DNA of 64,000 bases from Sphagnum compactum (taxonomy: Eukaryota), in NCBI GenBank assembly GCA_965153455.1, contig OZ234494.1, positions 10,416,001 to 10,480,000 of the forward strand, in the 5' to 3' direction. Of this stretch, positions 1 to 11,306 are shown piece by piece. How positions within the stretch are numbered: position 1 is the stretch's first letter; every line of letters starts with the position of its first letter. The notes under the pieces are model-generated. The model did no database searches, was not told the DNA's origin, and saw only the letters and a list, made by a program, of their open reading frames with translations. The translations under genes and the position numbers were made by a program.

Positions 1-456
1 ATATCCAAGCCTAGATATCATCTGAGTGGTGGAAATTCTAGCTATTGACCACTTCTAGCTGTAAAAGGTCACTGAATATCAGAGTTCAGATATTCTATTT
101 GGCCCTTTAAAGGTAGGACTTGTAATGGTTTAAAATTTTCTGACTGCTTGTCTTCAATTCTCATGTTGGGTGACCTGCCAGACAGAGGAAGCCATTTGTT
201 AGTGAAAAAGGTTGCAACCATGGGAGCTATGGATATGCATATCAATAGATGATTGGTCATGGTCCACACAAACCATTGTCCTGCCTGGCAATGCATTACG
301 TTTGCAGGGCTCCTGAGGCACAAGTTGTACAGCAGCCCCTATGTCCATGAGTTAAAAAATTGCATACAACGCATCTACAGAAAGATCACAAGTACCACAT
401 AGAACTTCAAGGAACATAAGACTTGTGCAACCAAAATCTCAGTGTAAGTTGGGATT

Positions 457-2600
457 CTAAGTCATTTTGGACTCCCATTTAGGGATTGCAGCGGGGTCAA
501 TGTCCCAGCAATTAGTGGGAATGTTGATGCCCTCATTGCCTCTCATCCTGTAAGCAGGTACTCTATGTGAAAAATAGTGCATGAGCTTGGGGGGAAGGAT
601 GCCTTTCTTGTATGCAGGCACCCAAAAAGTCCGAAATCCTGGGAGCTTCCCAAGTGCTTGAACCCCAGGCGACCTGCCAGGCCCACAGCCAGATAGAATC
701 TCAACTAACCGGAAGCCAGGCTCTTTTGCACAATCTCTTCCGTTGGGCTTTTCTGACCTGTCACCCTCTTTCTCACTAGTCTTGTCTGCTGTTGACTTGT
801 TTCTGTTTCTGTGAAATGCCCACACTTCTCCCTTGTTGGGATAGATTTGAACATGCCTGTTAGAGAGTCCAGTAACTATCATTTGGTGCGAGAAAATGCT
901 GATGGTATTACACCTACCATCCCTGCCATCTTTAAATTCACCACAGGAAAGAGAGTAGCCATGGGTCTGCTTCAATCAACAAAGCCAGAAGAAAACGGTT
1001 AATGTAAAGCAAGAGCAGGAAGAATGAACCATAGGAAATTTGAGCTCTAGTGGGTGCACTTGTTTATCACAATCAGAGGAGTACAGGTATCACAATTGGA
1101 GATCAAACATCCAATACTTGCAATTATCCAAAACAGGAAAAAAATCAAAAGAGGAGGACAGGTACCATAATCTGAGATCAAACATGCAATTCATGCAACT
1201 ACCCAAAAGGAAGAAAAAGTCAACAATTGTAAGAGAAACCAATCTAGCTTTAAGACATACTTCACGTGTGATCAGACTTTGGAGCCCTTGTATCATTTAC
1301 AGATCGGACAGTGAAGTCCCATCAATAGTGATAGAATTGGTTTTGACCTGCTGGCTTCAGAATATTACCAACCCAGTTCATCAGCTGTATATCTGGATTG
1401 ACGCATCTCTCCAGAAATTCAATTCCTACTTTGGTAATAACCATTCTTTGGAAGCAATGGTTATTAATCATTACCAATTCATCAGAAATCAGGATGGACA
1501 AATGTAAATATGCAAAAGAAAGTGCAGTACAGCCCATCAATATGCTATGACACCCAAATATCCAAAGGCGAAGCATAAATGGCAGGAACAGGCCATTTTA
1601 AATGGCCTAAAATCTAAGGACTGTAAACCACGTGGCATCATAAATGGAAGAGAGGCCATGTTTGATTCTTGGCAATCAGAAAATAGCCAGATATGAGCTT
1701 GCCCATAGAGGCAGAAAATCAGAGGGAAGGTGCTAGCATGTATAGGCAGAGAAAAGTAGGGATAGGAGGGAAGGAGATAACAGGGAGAGGGATGGCCCTG
1801 ACCTGTTGCCACTGGTGCTCCTGTGGAGATAGGTTTATGCGCTCCAACCACTTAAACCATGCTCTGAAGGGAGGCCTCCGGGACACCTTTGTGATGCGCA
1901 CCCAGGTACGTGGCATATCATCCACTTCATCATATAACGCCCATATCTGCCATCATCACAATGCCATGGTTAATCCCACTTCCACCAGCCAAAGAAGGGG
2001 TAGTCTACATACAGTTCAGCCATGTGTGACACATTTTACAAACCTCACAAATATTCCTATGCTAAGATGATGAACTACGTCCAGGAATTGTCATGATGTC
2101 AGATGAAGTTTTTCTGCATCAAATGTTGATTAGAAACTCTAAGGCCCAAATTCAAACTGGTTCTCAGTCAGCATGGTACAATGCAACACTCGAATTCAGA
2201 TGTCTGGTTGAAAAATCCAAAGTGACTGTTGCAATGCCAACTGGATCGTGGCTTCTTTCAATGATGAACAAACCTACCTTAGACAAACAGGAAAGGTCCT
2301 TTGCACAACACAACTCATGATTCACAACTCCGTATTGTTTTACTGCTTGATTTCACAGTGGAATATGTGACAAAGATTACTCACCTCCATTGCATGCAGC
2401 AAATCAAAACCAAGCACATGTTCATGACAGAATCTTGTTCCAACAGAATAGGGAGTTCTAACTTGGTGTTGGAGTTTGAGCTGGTATGACCATTTTACAT
2501 GAACTTGGAAAAGCACACCTGGTCTTTCTTAATGCGCTCTTCTGTACGGTCATCTTCAAACTTGTAATAATCAGCATCTTGGAACTCCTGATGAAGAGTT
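457..2600 (-). CDS. Exons 7-9: DUF3444 domain
   Basis: Motifs DADYYKFEDDRTEERIKKDQ|IWALYDEVDDMPRTWVRITKV..PFRAWFKWLE, SCGEFK, IFSHQM, IYPNKGEVWAFHRN, FRLVEILS and FSHRVPAYRMRGNE..CWDIDPAAIP match DUF3444, which is usually found in plant DnaJ-related proteins. Confidence 0.85.
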
Positions 2601-5600
2601 TTGTCCAACTTCACCTCAATGATTGAAGCATCATCATCTGAGGAATCTGATGGCAACTTCCTAGCAGCAACCTTGGTATGTGCCCCTGCATCTGCATAAA
2701 TATCACTGTTCAGTCTAATTGCCTAAGACTGTAGAAGAAGTGAGGGCAGGAAACTGAATTGGTGTACAAGGTCCTCACTTGCAAATCGACAGCCCTATAT
2801 CATAAACCCACTTACAATTTGGGTAGCACATGTATTGCTTTATCAAGAATGAATTTCACTGCAAAACAGAAAATTGGTACCTGGACTAGTGTATTGTGCA
2901 GCAATTTTCTGTTGTTTACCAGCACTGAATGGACGCCCCAGCTTTTTGTGCTCCTGAACCACTCCTTGTGCCTCCCGTGACCCATTGCATCCCCTCTGGC
3001 TTGGCTTCAACATATTTGCCATACCTTTTCTGCATTTCTGACTGCTTGTACGACCAAGGTGAGGAACTTCCTCAGTATCATCTTCTGAAACATTCTCAGC
3101 TTGATTTAGCAATGCTTTCTCCCCCTTCTTATTGCCCTCTAGCTTCCCTTTTGTGCTAAACTCTGCTACTGGCTTTACTTTCACACTATTGGATTTCAAT
3201 GTTCCTTTTGAAATCCATCTACCCAAGGAATCCCTCTCATTCACATGTTGTGGTCGGTTGCTTCTGTTGCTAGGAACTTTAGCTACTGGATATGCTTCAT
3301 CATTCAGAAGATCCAGTACCTCCACATTTGCCTTTGCAAAAATCTTGTGATTCTCATTGACTTTGAGTAAAGGTGATGTTTGAAAGCTGTCAGCTTTCAT
3401 CAGAACAGTCCCTTTTCCAGAGCTTGCAACTTTCACCATTTCATCTGGTTCTTTGGGCCTTTCAGTATCCCTATGTCCAGAACACTCCCAACTTGTTCCT
3501 TCCTGAAACTCGTTCTTCACTTCCATAAGCCATGTCCTCCACTTTCCTGCTGTGCTCTCTCTGACTCCCCTGGAAAGATGCAAATTGGGTGTTAAATCAC
3601 TTTCTTCATTTGTTTGTTCAGAGAAGCAGATAGATTTTTTCAAGTCCTTTTCGCTGGTACAAGCAAACATGACCAAATTACAAACATGATTGTTAGGACA
3701 TAAGGTCACAACACAGCAGAGTCTCTTCTGTGGGTCTTCCATGCAATTGGTTATGCATCCATATCACATGATGGGTGACAAGGTAGTATTGTCTAGTACC
3801 TGAATCCAGTGTAAAAAGAACTGGGAAAGGCCTCTTCCTTCACACTGGAGTCAGTGTTTTGTTCTTCTGCTCCTGCTCCTTTGCTGGCTTCTCCACACTG
3901 AGGAATGACTAGTTTCTTCTCATATTTCTGGAGAGTCACCAAGGGCTGTCTCTCTGACCATGGGCCAACATTGTCAATGCCACCACTTGTTGGAACAACT
4001 CTCTCAATAGGAAAATTCCCAACAACACTCTGATCTTCCTTCCCCAACATCCCAATGTTTGCAGAATTTCCCTCTTCTCTCCCAACCCTGTGCCCACTGC
4101 TTTCATCTCCTGTCTTCTTGGCTCCTTGCACCTCCAGCCCCCTTCTATCACGGTCCTTGCTTTGAAGAGGAAATCCTCTATCATCCTCCTGTCCCTCATG
4201 ATCACTGTCACTAACAACAATCACATCATCCTTTGTGTTACTGTGAGATACTCTATGAGGAAAACCCCCTACATTACTGACATTGCCCCTGAGTTCATCA
4301 ACAAGACTGACAGCTTCAGCCCTCAAGACTCCCTTCTTCAGTTCAACGTTTGTCTTTTTTGCATCACTTATCTCCATTTTGTCAACTACATGTGCCTCAC
4401 TATCTTTAACAGGAGCTCTTGGGAGCTTGAAATTTGCTGGGAATCGATCAACACATCTCACACTTTCAGCACCCACTTTTGCAGGAAGTCTTGTAAGGCA
4501 ATTCAGCAGCCTCATGATGTTATTGTCAAGGACTACTGGGGCACCTTCACACTGCTGTTCACACACCTGCGCCTGCTCTTCCATGATGGCCCCTCTCCTC
4601 TTGTTGCAATTGAAGGTCAACTCTTGATTGCTATTGGTTGTTTGAAAGCAATGTGAGTAGGGCCTCTTATTGCACTGCATGCCAGTATCAGGAGGCCCAA
4701 TAAAATGCAACCTTTGAGAACCCAGAAGGGAGGAGGCTGACGGGTTTATGAGAGAAGAATCTTTCGTGGAATTGCAAGATGCTTGCCAAGGGCCACCAAC
4801 GGAGATTGTCTCCAGTTGTGAGATCTCATGATCAACATGAGAGATTGCAGTCTTTGAAGAACTGAGTCCAAAGGTCTTTTGAGGATTCCTAGGTGGTTTT
4901 GATGCCTTGGATTCAGCACCAAATTGGGAATTTTGGGGCCCAAAATGGGTCAAAGCATACTGACTTTCAGTGAATGACCTATTGTGCAACACATTTTGCT
5001 TCTGCAAAGCATCATGGTTATGCCTGGATGGCAGATGTGCAAGGGACACTTCAGCCTCTGCTTGTTCAGCCTGTCCATATGTTGCAACAATACAATGGTC
5101 TTTCAGGTGAAAGTCCACAACAACATTGGTGGTCAGCTTCATGTGAGTCTTTTGCATACAATCAAAGTTTCTATTTGCACCACCAAGTCTCAACAGCATA
5201 TATTTTTCAAAACTCTGTTCGCTTAAAGATCAATGCATGATCAGTTTCAAAAACCACAGATAAAATGGCAACAGTTGTGACCTCACCTTAAGTCTTTCAA
5301 TTTTTCCCAAAATATGGTCAAAAACATTGCAGATAATTGCACCTGGATCCTGTTCCTTCTTGAGCTCAAGCTTGACCTTCCTGCCTGCCATTGTCCATGA
5401 GAACTGCATTGCACCATTCCTTCAGACTTAATGGCCACAAATCATGCAAAAGTCACATGTGTCAATCCACAAGTCGAAAGGAGATCAAAACAAAGCAGAC
5501 AGTAATCCACTACCAATCAATCATCAACAACCCCAAGGAAGACCAAGCAAACCAAAAAACCAGTTTCACAGGGATTGCGCTGCTGCATGCTTGTAGCAAC

Positions 5601-6823
5601 AGACAGAGAAAAACATGGGAGATCTTAGAGAGATAATGATACAACATACTTGCAACTTGTACTACATATGGCTGATGAGCTGAGGGACAATCAGAAGCAC
5701 AAAGGCAGAGGGCAGTGGATGATGTGGTCACTACCTATGTCCATGTCTGTGTGTGCAAGAAAGAGTGGACAACAGCATGGCATTGCCAGAAAAAAAAAAT
5801 TCTGAAGAAATTGTTGGGATGGGGTTTTGGATATACAAACCAATGCCCAAGTCCAGTTGAAGTCTAGAGCTCGAAAGGAGTAAGTTGCTGTGGGATCTTG
5901 AAAGCACAGATGTAAGGCAGCCATTTCCATGAATTCCCCAACACTGATGCCCCATGCTGATGCAATTTCAGCCACATCCTGCACTGACACTGGGCCCCAA
6001 TTCACCTACTTGTGAGAAACTAACCTCATCTCTGAGATTCTGTCTGTCTGTCTGTCTCTCCCTCTCCCCACTTCCCCCTCTCAAGTCTTTTAAGACTGAT
6101 TATACCCCCAACAACAACAACAAAGCGGAAAGGAGGCTGAGAGAGAAAGAATAGAGAGAGTATTATTACTGTGGTAGGACCAAGCCAAAAAGCCATTGAG
6201 AGCTGTGATATGCAAGCTCTCATCCTGCAGCCACCTTATCTTCACATATATGTGCTCTCCTGACTTGAGCTTCAACTTGGTCACAGTAATAATCTCTTCT
6301 TCTTCATAGCCACCTTCATCAGCCATGCCCACGACAATTGCACCCTGCTTCAAGATAAAAAAACCCTTTCAAAAACCCCTTGTAAAAAAAAGATTCTCCA
6401 AACAACATTTCCTTCCGGCGCAACTCATTCTACAACGCAATTTACCTCCTTCCACTCGGAAATCAAGAACACCCATTTCCTCAATTTTCACCCCCCACCC
6501 CACCCCACTCTCGAAAGCTGATTTTGTCACGCCATAAAGAATTCGGAGAAACAACAAACCAATTCACCCAAACCATATCAACAGTCTCAATTCTGTTTTT
6601 CTCAAAACTGCCCGAGGGGGGGGGGGGGGGGGATAAAATAAAATTCCCGAAACACATACTCAGGGAAATAATACTTCCAAATCCATGGAAAATTTTCTAT
6701 ACAAATCAGATGTGGATTCTTACACCCAGGAAGAGACATGCACACTTTAAGCGAAGAGAAGAAAGGAGAGAATTGCTACTACTATACCTGCTGGGTTTCT
6801 GCTTCACATTTCTTTAGCGGCAT
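457..6823 (-). CDS. 9-exon gene, about 1115 aa: XRCC4-like N-terminal head domain + long low-complexity linker + C-terminal DUF3444 domain
   Basis: Manually spliced exons (minus strand): 6823-6788, 6344-6170, 5989-5841, 5403-5287, 5070-3800, 3653-2881, 2691-2519, 1946-1803, 966-457. All introns are GT..AG, phases are compatible, and the total is 3348 nt in one open frame. An alternative start is the ATG at 6326. The acceptors at 5070 and 2691 and the donor at 2881 have alternative candidates. Confidence 0.8.
1076..1225. repeat. Two diverged 75-bp tandem units in the last intron
   Basis: gaggagtacaggtatcacaattggagatcaaacatccaat... versus gaggaggacaggtaccataatctgagatcaaacatgcaat... Confidence 0.8.
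5287..6344 (-). CDS. Exons 2-4: XRCC4-like head domain and start of the stalk helix
   Basis: The spliced translation TVTKLKLKSGEHIYVKIRWLQDESLHITALNGFLAWSYHMSVQDVAEIASAWGISVGEFMEMAALHLCFQDPTATYSF...FSWTMAGRKVKLELKKEQDPGAIICNVFDHILGKIERLK follows the plant XRCC4 pattern as I recall it (IFVKGTW, W-x8-VAERAAQW..VSEY..A..YLGFQQP..YSF, LSWT, ILDFLM). Confidence 0.75.
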
Positions 6824-7220
6824 TACCCGGGCAAGAAGACTCCGATCTTTGTCGCTGATCCTGTTGCGGCAACAAACATTTTTTGGGCTGTCGTCGTGCG
6901 TCGTCCGGAGCTGAGCTTGGTGGGCCATAGCGTGTCGACGAAAGCAAAGAGATTGGGTGCGTGCGAGCGAGCATGTATGCGTACAAGAAGTGAGTATACA
7001 ATCCCCTAATACGTACTTGTACGCATCGCTATACCTACCCTAGTACATTCACTTATACATACTTGCACGTATTTGGTGGTTTTTTTAATAACAAAATTCC
7101 CACCCCCATCAGGTAAGTGGGTATATACCCGTTCTGATACCCATCAGGCATCTGTAGCTTATTCTAATACCCACACAACACTGGTAAAAAAAATTGTGCT
7201 CCGTGTGTGGTAACCTCCAA

Positions 7221-7223
<3 letters not shown>

Positions 7224-7252
<29 letters not shown>
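7224..7252. repeat. (CA)n microsatellite
   Basis: Direct reading of the sequence. Confidence 0.95.
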
Positions 7253-7299
7253 AGAATTTAAAATTTTAAAAAAATAATAAATAGATAAAAACCCCAACC

Positions 7300-7640
7300 A
7301 TGTTTTTATGGTCTGGGGCAGCATATTGTGTCATTTTGTTGCCTACATTATATATTACATAATCTCCCGGTGAAGATATACACTCACAATAATCATGAGC
7401 AAAATCTCTGTTAAACATGAATTTTTTTTAATAAAAAACTTGTTCAATCTCCCACCATGGCAAACCCTAATGTCATGGAATGGTCTCACACTTGCCCATT
7501 ATGTTGGGTAATGCACCAGGTGAGCCCATTATTGGCACTTTACATCACATAATGGGCAGGGGCTTGACCATAATGCTATATAGTATGTTCTTATTTGCAC
7601 ACATTCTATACCTATCTGAATGTACACAAATAACACCAAT
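7300..7640. repeat. Dispersed hairpin-containing repeat (MITE-like); related copy at about 50545-50850
   Basis: Shares atggtc[t/c]ggggcagca, aatctctgtt[a/g]aacatgaattt and the hairpin tgcccattatgt...acataat[g/a]ggca..ggcttgaccat with the 50.5-50.8 kb copy. Confidence 0.65.
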
Positions 7641-8360
7641 TTTTTACCTTTCTTACATTTTATTCAAAGATGCTTACATGAGTGGTGGGGACTAACCCAA
7701 TTCACCTTCTTGAGTGAGCCTGGGTGTGGGGTGGCTATTGTAATGGCTATTTCAAATATGGGAAATGCCAAATTTGGACTTGTAGACCCTTTTATTTAGT
7801 CTAATTGATAGCATAATTGATAATGTTTGTGAGCAACCCCAAAAAAAGGAAAAAGCTTTGGAGTTTTCACCATGGTAATAACAGTCTAGTGCTGGCTCAC
7901 CTAACCTGTTGCCACATACCCTCCCCGCTCTCTTCAATTTGGGCCATGGTAAACCAACACCTACCCTTAATACTTTCATCCAAAATTTATTGAACAGGCC
8001 AATTCACCAGTACTCATTCCATCTCCTTCACCTTCTAGGGTATCTTTGTGGCTATGTGGGATGATAAATTTGGACACTCAGAGACCTTGATTTATTCAAC
8101 TTTAGGATGGGATATTTAATGTATAAAAAAGTAAACCCCAACAAATTTTGGGGGCTTTTGAATGCCATTTGAAGGAGTTGAGTCAGCACCCACACTTGGC
8201 ACCATCACATGGCTATAATAGTGTAGTGGCTGTATCTAGTATTTAGCCTGAAAAATGTTAAATTTGAACTAAGAGACCCCCTTAATTATTAGGATTGATA
8301 TTTGTAGTGTTTTTACAAAGCAACAAAACAAAAATTTGTGGTTTTTTTAAACTGTGGTAA

Positions 8361-8689
8361 GAGCATCTCCACAAACGCTCAGTATGTGACCCTGCACTTG
8401 AAATACTGGATGAAGTTCATCAATCAATCCACTTGAAGACTGCTGGGACCCTGAAAAAATGCACAGCTTTTAGAGCCCTGGAGGAGCCATGGAAGAGGAT
8501 AATAAACACACTCAAATCGTATTTATTGATTTTCTCCCTATTTCTGATTGGTTAGATAGTTTGATTGGTCCAAGTGGGTTGCTATTAGTAGTCTCCCACC
8601 TACTGGGTTGGAAAAAAGTTAAATAACTAAAACTTGGATGTGAGAAATATTTTAGCCGGGTCACATACTGAGCCTTGGTGGAGATGCTG
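8361..8689. mobile_element. Tourist (PIF/Harbinger) MITE
   Basis: TIRs gagcatctccac..gctcagtatgtgaccc / gggtcacatactgagc..gtggagatgctg, flanked by a TAA target duplication (8358-8360 and 8690-8692). Confidence 0.85.
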
Positions 8690-9359
8690 TAAGAGAGGGG
8701 TTGCTGCTTCACTCAATCACAATATCCTGAAGTACTAGTGGGTACCCGTGACCTTCAGACACTGTGAAGTCCCCCAAAAGTGAGGGGGGGGGGGGAGCAA
8801 AAAAAGACAAAATTATCAAATATATTTGGTTGGTTTTGAGTGTGTAGTCAAAGATATAGAAGCATGATTACAGTTGTTTACTTCATCTCTGGCTTTATAG
8901 CCAGTTTTGGCACAATCTTCTTGAGGAAGGTCGCCACATTTTTCTATGGAAGATCCCCACTGTGGCTACAAACAAAAAATCTTAGAAAAATAAAATAAAA
9001 AACAACACTGCTATCTATCTATCTATCTACATATGAGACCTATTTCTTACAGAATTGGTTACCAAGGTGAAATCAAATATTAACTCAGTTGAGGTTCATT
9101 CACAACTGAATAATAACGGGCGTCCAGTGGATGGTGAGCTTAACTGAGTAATAACGGGCGTCCAGTGGATGGTGCGCTGGTGGGTGCTGGTTCACTGTGG
9201 GGCACTCGACAATGGGCTTTATGACAATTGAGTCCACCTCACATGGGCCCTTATTCCTGTAAAGCTGGCTGGCTGCCTTGGGTCTTTACCTTACACATGT
9301 CACAATGTAATATGGATTGTGAATAACTAGATAAACAATGTAATAAAGTTATCCATAAA

Positions 9360-9550
9360 GTCACCCTCTGTCCCCTCTTTCAGTGATATATCCAAAGCAA
9401 GGAAATTTTTAATCTCAGCATGAAATGCTGAAACATTTAATGCACAAGGTTCGAGAGTAATTATAGTAATTGTAGAGGTAGGAGCAGTGAATATATATGT
9501 AGCAACAGTGGAGGCGCTAAGGAAAAATGGAAAGCGGGGATGAAACTCAG
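9360..9550. repeat. Dispersed repeat; related copy at about 51022-51253
   Basis: Shared acatttaatgcacaaggttcgagag..attatagta..ggtaggagcagtgaa..gtggaggcgct..gaaactcag. Confidence 0.75.
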
Positions 9551-11306
9551 TTTACCACCAAAATTGGTGGGAAAACTAGTTTGGGTCCTAGATATTTCGT
9601 TTTGCAAAATTTTGTTCCCAGTTGCACATTCGATGCCCTATTATGCTGAAACTGGCCGTTCTCCACCCCTAATCACCTGACTTTACCGATAGCTTTAATA
9701 TATCAATGTTTATGAACAAGGTCACTGGATTTTAGCTTAGACAAGGTTACATTTGGCAATTCATTGGTATATATCATAAAATCAAATTCATCCTTATGAG
9801 TAGCTCACGTGATTCCAAACTTAGGGGCATGGGAATGAGAAAGGACAAGTCCAAAGGGCCATAGTCTGTCCTTATAACCATACAAGGTACCTTGTGAGGG
9901 ACCCAAACATCATGACATTGTCTCCTCTCTCACCATATCACCAAGTTCTGACTGTTGTGTGTAGGATAAAGCCCTAGGGTAAGGTCATTGCCAAAATAAA
10001 GGGCCTATCATGAGGTGAGTGTAACTTGGCATTTTGAGAATGTCCTTCTAATATCAACAGTTGGCATTGTGAAGGTGCATTCATACTTGGTGTTAGGGAC
10101 TCTAGTGTTGAGTCCCCTAACACCATACTAGTCATATAGGACTTACACCTACTTACCATGAACATTTTATGTTAAGCTAACATTCACTTAACATTAAGCT
10201 ATCGACCATTTAATATTGGGTGCCACCTAAGATGCCACCTAGATCTTTATTTAACATTGACATAACATCAAGTGTGAATGCCTCTAAATAATATTAGTTA
10301 TGGCCTATAGGTAGAAAGATGGATAAATATGAGAAATAAATAATTATTTGTATGGACTTACATTTGAAATCTTTTTGAATAGGTATTTAGTTGGGTGATT
10401 GTTTAACTAATTTAGGTTACATATAAATAAAAGATAATTATTTAGTGATTCATTTATACAAAGAATGATAGTTTTGGAATGTTAGTATGTGACATAATGT
10501 TACTAGTTTGAAGTCCGTGAATCATGATGTTTGGAAGATGTAGATGAATGAGGTTGATAATTCAACTATTTTAAATTATTTAAATGGTTGTGCTTGGAGT
10601 TTTGAATTTATTTTATGTTTCATCATTTCATGTTGTTAAATTATTATTAATGAAACCTTGGATTTTGTTTTTTGCCTAATGAATCCATGTTGTAATAAAC
10701 TTTATATGTCATTTTGATTATGGAAGAATTCACAAGGACACATTTATGTTTTTTTTTTTAACGATCCTAATATGGCAAGGTCTTTAGGTACAAATCATGA
10801 ACTGCCCAATAGATGTAGCCAATATAAAGACCAAATTTTAAGCATGTGGGTGATCATAGCCCAAAACATGTAAGTTTCATTTATTATGTTGTGGCAATGT
10901 TATGTTTTGACAAATTTTCACATTATAATGACAATTGTTTTTCAAAATTTTAAAACGTAAATTTGAAAGAAAATACTAAAATTTTGAAAACAATCCCAAA
11001 ACTTTTAAATGGCAACATTGAAAGAAAAAACAAAAAACCCTGATTTTGGGTGTTTTGTATTGTGTATGGACATTGTGTGAGAATTTAATTTGAGTAACCT
11101 ACCTATCTATTAATAGGAATTTAATAGGATATCACACTTCATAGGTCCTAACTTTTCCTAGGGTACATCCCCACCAATGGGAATCATAAAATGACATTGT
11201 CTTTCGTTCAATAAACAAATCAAAGATGTTTTTTTTGTGATACCCCAAGTGACGAACTATAAACGGGTGAAATTGCAACCCCTTGTCATTATCATCCTCC
11301 AAGAGG

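Noticed and set aside
2929-5240. Plus-strand ORFs (e.g. 4090-4656, 4283-4627) overlapping the large exons
   Set aside because: They are antisense shadows of the minus-strand gene, with no motifs and non-ATG starts.
9111-9176. Repeat-spacer-repeat (taataacgggcgtccagtggatggtg x2) resembling a CRISPR unit
   Set aside because: Only two copies with a 12-bp spacer, in a eukaryotic context with no cas genes. It is a small tandem duplication within a dispersed repeat also seen near 37.3-37.5 kb.
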